Below, in pieces: positions 54,083-64,000 of a stretch of DNA of 64,000 nt (its first letter is position 1; each line of letters opens with the position of its first letter). The translations under genes and the position numbers were made by a program. Origin of the DNA: Phaeosaccion multiseriatum (lineage: Eukaryota; Protista; Ochrophyta, other classes); assembly GCA_965112735.1 (NCBI GenBank), contig OZ218950.1, positions 806,001 through 870,000 on the forward strand. Reading direction: 5' to 3'. The notes below the pieces were generated by a model. The model had not been told where the DNA came from and did not search any database. It saw only the letters and a list, made by a program, of their open reading frames with translations.

Positions 54083-55201
54083 TTTTGCCATGATGTAAGA
54101 AGGTCTCACTCTCCCTCCCAGCCCTGCAGACAACCCCCCTCCTCCCTGGGCTGCTCTTCCCCCTCTTTTGCCCTCTTTTGGCTGGGTGGCTGTGCCCCTT
54201 CGCGGCTTGAGCGAGGGATGTGTAGCAGGAGGATAACGCGGCCTGGGGGAGAGTGGCGGCAGCGCTATCCGACAACCACACGGTCGTCCTTCACCTAAGT
54301 ATCTATCGCTATCGCTGGTGCTCACCCCGCGCTTTCTACTCTCGCTTGAAGCAGGGAGGAGGCCGAGGAGAGGAGCAGCGCTCAAGAAGCCCTCCCCCGT
54401 GATGGGCACGAGGAGCAGGAGGCGGCGTCGATGGGATGGAAGCGCAAGATCGAGGAGCGAAGAATCGGCGCACCCGTGTGAGAGACGAGGTGGAGCTGCC
54501 GAAACGAGTCCTCAGGGGCACACCTTTGAGCAAGTGCGTGGCGGCGCGGGTATGCTCCGATCGCCATGCTAGCCATGCTAGGGAAGTAATGCTTGAGGGG
54601 AGCATGGGCGGTGTTGTAGCTACAAGGGCTTTACCGAGGACTTGGATTTGGATGAAAATGGCGCTTGTAGCAACAGCAAGCTTCGCACACAAAGATGGCA
54701 AGGAGAGAAGAACAAGCAGCTGCTGTGTCCTTGCGGCACCGTAAGTGCTCGGTGAAAGATTAATGAACGGACAACGTTCATTCTGTATCAACCACCAAGC
54801 CCCCACTTAATGACTTGCTGGGTCTGCTGCTTGCTTAGTCGGCCAAACTCGCTGACAATATGCCACCCATCGCCTCCCGGCCCCTCCTCGACTCGCCCCA
54901 CCCCCAGCCTTGCTCCTCGATATTCCTGCGGCGAGTCAAAGCACACGTATCGCCGCATACGCACACGCACTCACGCACTCACGCACTTCCATGAACCCTT
55001 TTTGGGGGTCCAGTCATCGTCCGTTCAGTCATGCCACACCCACAGCCGAGCTTCCCACCACTTGATTGACCGCTGCGAAACGGAGGGGGCGGGGGGCGGT
55101 GTTTGCAAGAGGAGGGACACAACAAGGTGAAACGGTGGCATGAGAAGAGAGCGAGGGAAGTGTGGCAAGAGACGAGAGAGGGAGCGAGGCACATATCAGC
55201 T

Positions 55202-55326
55202 TGGTGTCAGGATTCTGGTGACAGGACTTGGTGTCAGGACTTGGTGTCAGGACAGAGGGTGTCAGGACAGAGGGTGTCAGGACAGAGGGTGTCAGGACTT
55301 GGTGTCAGGACAGAGGGTGTCAGGAC
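55202..55326. repeat. 13-15-bp minisatellite (GGTGTCAGGAC-TT/-AGAG)
   Basis: About 9 tandem copies immediately downstream of the protease stop codon. Confidence 0.9.
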
Positions 55327-55336
55327 TCGACAAGAG

Positions 55337-56171
55337 TCACTCACTCGTACCTGTGCCTGCTCTGGTAGGGGCCGCCTGGGCTGGGGTGGGGCTGCAGGCG
55401 TGGTCGATGCGCTGCCACTCCTGCCCCACCCTTCGTAGCTCCAGCGTCGGCCAATAGAAGTACTCCGTACGGAGAGAGAACATCTGCGCTCGGGCACACA
55501 TACGGGCACACACCACAGAACGATGGGGTAGGGGGACAGGAGATCGGACAACGGAGGATGGGTGGAGGGTGGGAATGTGGGAGAGGTACAGATTTCATTT
55601 TAGTTCATGGTATTTCTTTCTTCACTCATTGCACGCACACACACTCACTCACTCACCTTCGACTTTGTGTTTAAGTCCACTGTCTTGATGCGCACTGCCT
55701 GGCGGTCCGAGAGGGTCCGAATGACGTCGATCTAGAGGCGTATGGGGAGCGAGGAAGACGGAGGGAGGGGAGACAGAGGGCTGAGCTCTCTGCAGCAGAG
55801 CTCAGCCAACACAACCCCATGGACAGCCGCAGTTGACACCCCGCAGGGCAGCGCTTTCTGCTGTCCAATCGAGCGACTGTCAAGCGCTTGACGTATCGCT
55901 CGCTTTAAAGTCTTAGCCTTACCATGGCATCAAGCGTGGGAGTGGGCTTGTCATTGACATGCGTAATCCACCTGGTGGCGTGTAGGCCGTACTGCTCGGA
56001 GGGGGAGCCGGAGGACCTTATCAGGTAGAGGCACATGGGCAGGGAGGGGCGCGGGTGGTTAAGCAAAGTCCCAGAGAGAAAAGACAACAACTTAACCCCG
56101 CCCTTCCAAGCGGTATCGTCTCCTCCTCCTCCTCCTCCTCCTCCTCCTCCTCCTCCTCCTCCTCCTCCTCC

Positions 56172-56213
<42 letters not shown>

Positions 56214-58937
56214 CCATCCTTCAAAGCAGCAATCAATCACCACCCGCTTACCATCGAGAAACGTAAACACCGTGCTGCTGTTTTTGCTCACCGCCCTCCT
56301 GCCCCGGTGTGGAGGTAGTACCGGGCAGATATCCCCTCCACGCCACTGCCAAATGCGGCTCTTGCAGGTAGAGACCGCACCACATGAGCACTCGGCGGGT
56401 GCCCACAGTACTCAGCACGTCCGGCTGGACCTTCATGAGTTGAGGCGTATGGGTAGGGCAGAAGTGTCGAAAGCAGTGAAGGAGGAGGGCGAGAGGGAAG
56501 GAGATTAGAAGCATATGGGGGTTGGGGTAACGTCAAGACTCTCGCAAAGGCCTCTGCCTCCCTCCGTATCTGCCTCTTTACCTGCAGCGTGAGCTCCTGC
56601 TGCTTCCTCAGCACCGTCATGGCCACAGTACCGCCCTCCCCCCTGTGCGCTGCCATCGCCTTCTCCACCCCGCGCTCCACGTCCTTGCATAGGGTCACAG
56701 GTTGCCCATCCACGGCGAGCACGACGTCGCCAGTCTCCAAGCTCTTGGCCGTGTTGGACTTGGCCAAGCAGCGCCGCACCATGAGCACCTGAAGTGCACG
56801 TCGGGAGGAGGTTAGAGGCGTATAAGGGAAGGAGACACAGACACACAGAGAGAAAGAGAGAGATAATTGGGTAGGGGAACGGGGCAAGAGAAGGAAGGGA
56901 GAGAGACACACAATTGGGTAGGGGAATGGGGGAGAGCTTGGCGTGTTGAGCGCTCCTGCCAGTAGCGAGACTGAGCTTCATCGGCCCAGGAGCAAAGAGA
57001 CGAGTACACTGAATCTGAAAGGAGCGACTCACCTGCTGACCGCCCCCGCTGCTCTCCCTGCACTTGACCTTCATCTTGTTTGCCCACTCCGCACTCAGGC
57101 CCATCGTTGCGCACACTTTCCCGAGCGGGACGGTCATCTGAAGGGGGGGATCAGACAGAGCATGACAGAGCAAGAGCAGCAGACAAGTAGGGGAGGATGG
57201 AAACAGACAAGCGTACGGTCACAACACAATACATGTGAAAGGGCACACGAGGCAGGGCCATCCATTTAGAGGCGTATGGGGACAATGCAGCCCCCCAGGG
57301 CACGATACGGGGAAGGAAAGTGTGTCTGTCAAAAGGTTGGGCAGCCGTTTCAGAGACAGGCGTCCTCGCTGCTGCTTTTGTACGTCTCCCTCCGTCCCTC
57401 CTCTTCCTTTCTCGACCTCCCTACCACTCCTCTCTCTCCCCCCGCCCCTCCACTCTCCTCCCATCTGCCCCCTCACCAGCTGTGCAGCGCAATAGGTGAC
57501 GAGCGCCAGCCCCTCCTCAGGCACTTGTCCTGCCTTGGCGCTTCCTCCTCCTTCTGAATCACCAACTGCCATAGCTGGCAATTTCAAGGCGTCAAGCTCC
57601 TGCCTCAGCCGTGCCAGCACACGCCCCACAATCACCGCGGGCAAGCCTCTGTACACCTTCATTCGCCCCCCCCCGTCTGTGTAAGCGAAAGAGAGCCACA
57701 GAACCGCTACCTTGGGCATTTTGGGTGTAGACGGCGCCGGCTAGTCACAGCAAGGGAGGGACGGAGGGACGGAGGGAGGGGTTCACTATGGCACGCGGCG
57801 GCACAGCACACACACACACACACACACACACATAGCTACGCGTGCTCACCCTGTCTGACAAAGCGTTCTGCCTTCCCGCCCTCTTGGCCGGGGCTGCTCT
57901 CCTACTCCTTGTGGGGCCTCCGTTGTCTCCTCTTCCCCCCCTTGCGTCTTCTTCCTTCAGCACGAAGACCCCTCCGAAGCACTGTCCCACGAGGTCGAAA
58001 GTAAGCACCTAAACAACGGGGAATAGAGTGAGTGGAATGAACAATCACAGAGCGGCGATTAGCAACGATTGACAAAGGAAGGCCTGCCTTTCAAAGTCCA
58101 ACGAAGCACCAGCAAGCCGCTGGCTGGTATTCGAAGTCAAACCAAGGCATCCAGTCATCCATCGATCCGCCCCCTCCTCCTCCTGCGCCTCCTTCGTCTT
58201 CTTCTTCTTCTTCTTCTTCTTCTTCTTCTTCTCCTCCTCCTCCTCCTCCTCCTCCTCCTCCTCCTCCTCCTTCTTCTTCTTCTTCTTCTTCTTCTTCTTC
58301 TTCTTCTTCTTCTTCTTCTTCTTCTTCTTCTTCTTCTTCTTCTTCTTCTTCTTCTTCTTCTTCTTCTTCTTCTTCTTCTTCTTCTTCTTCTTCTTCTTCT
58401 TCTTCTTCTTCTTCTTCTTCTTCTTCTTCTTCTTCTTCTCCCCCTCCTCCTCCTGCTGCTGCTGCTCCTCCTACTACTACGTTACGCATCCCACCTCAGA
58501 GTTGAAGGCCGTGTAGACAGGGGGGACGCTGTCGGAGAGCCTCAGATGCTCCACCGTTGTCACCCTTGGGCGCTGGTGGACCTCGGTCTGGCAGGAGGGA
58601 GGAGAGAGGACGGAAAGGAAGAGCACACACACACGAAGCAGTACAAGGAGGCTCACGATTGGGAGGGAAAAGGGGGTTGCACATACCCCTCATGTTCGCC
58701 TCCATAGACCCTCCGTAGCTCTCCTTCTTTCCGTCTCTCCCTCTGTGCTCTTACTCTGGACGCTTCCCTCCTTCTCTCTTCTTTCTTCCTCCTCCTCCTC
58801 CTCCATCCCCTCTCCCTTCTTTATAACTGCTTGATCCTCACCAAAGCGTAGCTCAGCCCCAGGAAGTCGAGCTGCAGCCCCACGGGCAAGTCGTCGTGCT
58901 CAAGCAGAGAGGCCTCCCGCACATCCGCAGACGAGGC

Positions 58938-58971
<34 letters not shown>

Positions 58972-60250
58972 ATCGCACGGACGGGCACATGTGATGCGTA
59001 CGGAGAAGCCCAGGGGCGTGGTTGGGGGGTGGCTGGCGTCAGGATGGTATCTCTCTCACTCACTCACTCACTCACTCACCCACTCACTCATCCCCACCCA
59101 CCCACTCCCTCCCGCCTCTACCCGCACTCACTCTTCAGGATCGTACTGGAGGATGCAAAAGTTGTGCATTGGGTGGAAGTACAGCGGCTTGGCAGGCACC
59201 TCCAGCACCCCGTTGAAGGTGATGCGAGCGTCGCCCAGTGCCGTGGGCGAGAGGTTTCGATCTACCACCACCAGGCCGCGTTGGATATCCACGACGAGGC
59301 CCAAACCCTCTTGGCTGGGAGTCACGATACCGTCCAGCAAGTGAGGGATTTCGAAGGCCACAGTCACCATACACTCACGGATGCGGACGTTCTCCGCCTT
59401 GTCAGCAGCTCGTACTGCTCGCGCTGCTCTTCCCCTCTTCCCTTCCCCCTCGCCCTTCTCCGCACCTTCCTCGTCCTTCTCGTCCTCCTCCTCCTCCTCC
59501 TGCCCCTCCTCATCCTCCTCCTGCCCCTCCTCCTCCTCCTGCCCCTCCTCCACCTCCTCCTCCTCCTCCTCCTCCACCACCACCTCCTCCTCCTCCTCCA
59601 CCACCTCCTCCTCCTCCTCCTCCTCCTCCTCCTGCCCCTTCTGCCCCTCCTCTTCCTCCTCCTCCTCCTCCCCCGTGTCCTCATCTCCATCGGTACTTGC
59701 ATCGGTACTTGCATCGGTGCTGGCATCATCATCGCTCTTTCCCCCAACGACAGCCCCAGCCCCTTCCTCTTGTCCATCCATCATGTCCAGGCTCGCTACC
59801 CGATCGGTCTGCATCGCTGCCTCCTGCGCGTCTCTATGCGTTCCCTCACTGTCACTCCCCTTGGAAGCATCCGCAGCAGTTGGTGATACAGGAGAAGGCA
59901 GAGGCGGTAGGGCGCTGGGAATGGGGTGCCACAGGCCGGTGGTATCGTCCAAAACACGGCGCTGCATTGGAAACCACCGCCTGTCCACCGTGATGGCGGC
60001 GGTCCGGGTTCTTTACAGTAAGAGGAGGACAGACAGGAGGGGGGGGGGGGGCGGGCAGAGCGATGGACAAGGGTGCGAGGCGGCACTGAGCAAAGAGGTG
60101 TAGGAAGGGGGGGGGGGGGTGGGGGGCTGGGGAGGTAGGCGCCGCAAGGAAAGGGAGGGAGGGAAAGAAGGAAGGCAAGTAGGCAGACAGGCTGGCAGAC
60201 AGATAGAGACAGGCAGACAGGCAGAGACAGGCAGACAGACAGAGACAGGC

Positions 60251-60291
<41 letters not shown>

Positions 60292-63200
60292 GCTCGTACT
60301 AGCTGTGTGTACCTGTGTCGGTCGGAGAGGGCCACATAGAGCAGCGACAGACGCGTGCCGTCGGGGTGCTTGACGAGGGCCCTCTCGAAAGAGTCCAGGT
60401 CGGGGGTGGGGTCCTTGCCCAGCGAGGTGATGAGGCTGACACAGGCATATGGGTGGGAGGAGGGAGACGGGGGTGCGTGTACAGATGCCATGGGTTGAGA
60501 GGGAAGGGCCTTTGGACAAGGGCCAGTTCACTCCGTTCTCCTTTCCCCTCCCCCCTCATCTCCCTTCGCCTCGCCTCCTCTCCCCTGCTCTCCCCTCTTC
60601 TCCCCTCCCCTCCCCTTGCCTGCCAGTCTCTCCCCTCCCCTCTCCTCCCCTCCCCTCTCCTCCACCTCCACCCCTTCCTTTTCCTGTCTTCCTCTTCAAA
60701 GTCACGCCCCCTCCATCTGCTGCCATCCCCCCTCACCAGTGGCAGCTTGCATCGACTCTGGCGAGCATGTATCCCGGCACAGCGATGAACACGCCCCCCA
60801 CGGGATGGCTGTAGTTCTTGGCCATTTGGTACGACAGAGGATGCACAATGCCAGCGCTCACCTGAGCATATCATACAGAGTGAGGCAGGACACACGCACA
60901 TCGAGTGAGAGGAGAGCGAGAGCGAGCCAACGAGAGAGAGAGAGACACAGAGAGAGAGGGGCGGATGCAGAGGTGGTGGAGGATTGGGGGCAGCATGCAG
61001 TCGCCATCTGTAAGCAGACAAGGGAAGAGACGGGAGGGCCATGCCTCAGAGAGCACTTGCAACAAGGTGCGCTTGGCCATGCGATGCGCACACACACATA
61101 CGCACTCGCAAACTTACGCACCTCTAAGAAGCAGTTGGGTGTGATGGAGTGCAGGCACTTGACGGTCATCGTCTTCGTCGCCGTCGTTCCCCCTCTTTGG
61201 ACCTGCAGATGCATGGGCACAAGCACACACATACGAAGGGACGAAGGCACAAACGGACGGAAGGTCAAGAAGTCAGTCTCTTCTTCCCACAGTCCCACAT
61301 TATTGACTGACTGAATGTGTGACGTCAGTCTGCCTGCCCCTGACTGACCGACCTACCCACCTGCAGCTGAACTTCTTTGCCAACGTTGTCATCGAATGTC
61401 TCTCCAAGCGGCACAAAGGCCGTCACGACGCTGTCACCGACGCGAAGAACCACATCCCCAGCCTCCAGCACGCCGTCGCCAGGCCCCCCTGTGCACCCAC
61501 GTGAGCATTGCACAATGAGGTGAGCATGTGGATAGAGTGCAGTGTGCGAAGGGCGACTGTCTGTAACTGTCTGTAACTGTCTGTAACTGTCTGTAACTGT
61601 CTGTAAGTGCGGGGCTTGTAACAGGCTGGGCCCATCAGTCTCCTTGCACCTTGCAAGATGGGTGGGTTCTCACTCCCCTCTCTCTACTCGGCCGTAGGGG
61701 CGAGCAATGCCTGAGCACTGCCTGAGCCCCACCTCACCTGGGACCACTTGGTCGACGATGAGCATGCCTGTCTCCGAGGGGAGAAGAGAGCGGACCTCCT
61801 CCTCCGCGCCTGGGGGCAGGCCCAACCGCCGCACCTGGTCAGTGGAGGCAGGTGTAGCAGTTGGTGGTACGGCAGAAGCAGTATGGAGAACATCAGTGTC
61901 GAGGGAGCAACATACTGCTGCTGAACATGGTGAAATGTGAAAGGAGATAGAGAGAGGAGAGAGAAGAGTGCGAAGGCAGATGTAAAGGCGGTGAAGGCAT
62001 GCATGCATGCAGGGGCCAGGGGAGGAGTCCGTCTCACCTCGTCAAAGGCTGCGTGCTTGAACACCGTCATGAGTGTCCCCCGCGGCACAGGGACGCCCCT
62101 CTGCAGCAGACCCAGCGCTCGCTTCACCCGATGCAGAGGCAGGAAGAAGCTCGAGGCGGCCTGCTCGTGTCCGCCACAGTTGAGAGCGACAGCAGCCCCG
62201 TCGATGCTGAGGATGGGGCTTCCACTGCTGCCTCCGCTGCTGCCGCTGGCCGCTGCGATATAGAAGGTGTTGAAGTCGTTGTAGGAGAATGCGCCGTAGT
62301 CTGGGGCGTCTCTGTCCACTCGTGCCAAGATCCCGGGGAGGATGCTTCGTTTCGAGTTGGTGCCCGTCGTGAGGAATTAGAATGTATGCCCAGATTGGAA
62401 ATGAGAGCACCAGAAGCAGCAAAAGCAGCAGCAGCAGCAGCATTTGTGATATACAGGGGGGGGGGGGGCGGAAGGAGGGCAGAGTGAGCTGCCGTGGCGA
62501 TCGGTCGTGCTCAAAAGACGCTGACAATCGGCCCCCGACAAGCCTCGCAAAATTGAGTACGTGTGATTACGTGTGTGTGTGTATACCTGAGCTTCTCCCC
62601 ATTGTCGTTGCCCACGAGGCGGATGTCCAAGCCCACCTTGGCCCCCTCGGGATCAAGCTCAATCTCCTCCACTGCCATGAACCGCACCGCCTTTGCAGGC
62701 ATATGGGGGAAGGGTGGCAGTGGATGGGGAGGGAGGGAAAGGGGAGGGGGGGGTGGGAGATATGAGGATTGGTCGGCAAAGGCGAGACAACATGCGAATG
62801 TTCAGCGTACACAGCACCAAGACTTGCTGTAGCGTTTGTGCTGGATGTGCTACTGCTGCTGCCTCTCCTCTCTGCTCCGCTGGCCTACCTTGGGGTCGAA
62901 CTGATAGAAACCGAAGTCGTGCACGGGGTCTCTGTAAATGGCCTTAAGGTCCACCTCCTCCTTGTTCTTGAAGATCGCATCCGCCACGACAGGCCCTGGC
63001 GGCGGGAAGATGGGGAGGAAGGACGGTAGGCCGATGGAGGAAGAATGTGGGAGGATGGGGGAGAGGTTACAAACACATTTCCAAAAAAACTACCGCCAGA
63101 GCAGGGGACAGAGAGAGAGAGAGAGTCGGGAGGCAGGAGGAGAAGGGAGAGGGAGATGGATGGAGAGGACGGTTCCAAGGGCTGGAAGGGGGCGGAGGGG

Positions 63201-63547
63201 GGGAGGGACTTGAATATCATACCTGGAGTAACGACATGCCTATTCGTCAGCACAATGCCCCTCTCCTTGTCCACGATGAAGCCCGTGGCATAGCTGTACG
63301 ACGAGCCAAGGCCGTCGAACCCCCTCGCAGAGCACACGCGAATGACCAAAATGGAGGGGATTGTCTTCTCGAGACATTGGCGCCACCTCCTCGCGATGGT
63401 GCCTTCCCCCACCCCCTCCATAGCGCTGCTGCTGATGCCCACGACCTCCGCTGGCGGCACAGCGGCTGCGGCAGGAAGGGGTGCCGCTTTTTGTATTGAG
63501 GGGGGCTTGGCTACGCTCCCTCCCTCTTGCTGTTGTTCGTCCCCCAT
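55337..63547 (-). CDS. NMA111: Nma111/Deg7-like HtrA serine protease (tandem protease-PDZ halves), many exons
   Basis: [102 protein letters not shown] and a final exon [12 protein letters not shown]; stop at 55339-55337. Confidence 0.92.
58196..58452. repeat. Long intronic (TTC)n/(CCT)n microsatellite
   Basis: Seen directly. Confidence 0.95.
61556..61606. repeat. 10-bp tandem repeat (ACTGTCTGTA)x5 in an intron
   Basis: Seen directly. Confidence 0.9.
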
Positions 63548-63843
63548 GACTACCTTCGCCTTTAAATCCTGTTAATAACTGTTAACACGTTCGTTTTCAA
63601 AGTGCGTCCTCGCTCCTTTGAAACCCTTCCCTCCCTTGTCGTAAGAAAGGGCTTGGGAATGCACAAGGCCCCTTGGTGCCGCTTGTTGCTGCGCAGACGC
63701 AGCGGCGTGGAAGGAACAGAGCAAAAGTAAAGGGGGGAGAGGGGAGAAGGAAGCAAGGAAGGGATGATGGAGAGGTCGGGAGTGGCATGAGCGGGGACTT
63801 TATTGACTTCAAAAAAAAAGAATCTAAGAAACTGAAAGTGTGA

Positions 63844-63845
<2 letters not shown>

Positions 63846-63929
<84 letters not shown>

Positions 63930-64000
63930 GTGTCGCTGTGTCTCCGGGGCCCTCAAGGGGCCGGTTACTCCCCCTCTAGGGCGGGGAGGGGGAGTGCGGG
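63846..64000 (-). mobile_element. Second copy of the (CA)n-tailed element, running off the window end
   Basis: The reverse complement matches 10310-10383 followed by (CA)n. Confidence 0.75.

Noticed and set aside
55202-55326. CRISPR or telomeric repeat
   Set aside because: No spacers and not a TTAGGG-type unit; an ordinary minisatellite.
58069-58707. Poly-Leu and poly-Glu ORFs
   Set aside because: Intronic (TTC)n microsatellite within the protease gene.

Overview
Eukaryotic, intron-rich nuclear DNA with GT-AG introns packed with microsatellites. It is most consistent with a photosynthetic stramenopile (eustigmatophyte-like); this is inferred from signal-peptide + 'AF' plastid-targeting motifs and the gene content. 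Recognisable host genes: acetoacetyl-CoA synthetase, a SnoaL-like plastid protein, CNOT11, a heat-shock factor, a TPR protein, an ankyrin-like protein, a SAM methyltransferase, EBP1/PA2G4, SEC11, a PPR protein and an Nma111/Deg7 protease. The accessory content is the interesting part: (1) an apparently intact Crypton-type tyrosine recombinase (YR) gene fused to a C-terminal PHD-like finger and flanked by GTGGG..CCCAC palindromes; (2) a 3.6-kb recombinase-less insertion that splits a secreted-protein exon, with 11-bp inverted ends, a mismatched 5-bp nnTGG direct repeat (a YR-type rather than DDE-type junction) and its own spliced cargo gene; (3) a dispersed 12-mer, GTATCACCAACT, with 7 exact and about 6 one-mismatch copies, found in host genes but not noticed in the mobile regions; (4) a MITE nested in the (CA)n tail of a repeated retroelement-like 3' end. 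Exon boundaries were read by eye and no database searches were run.
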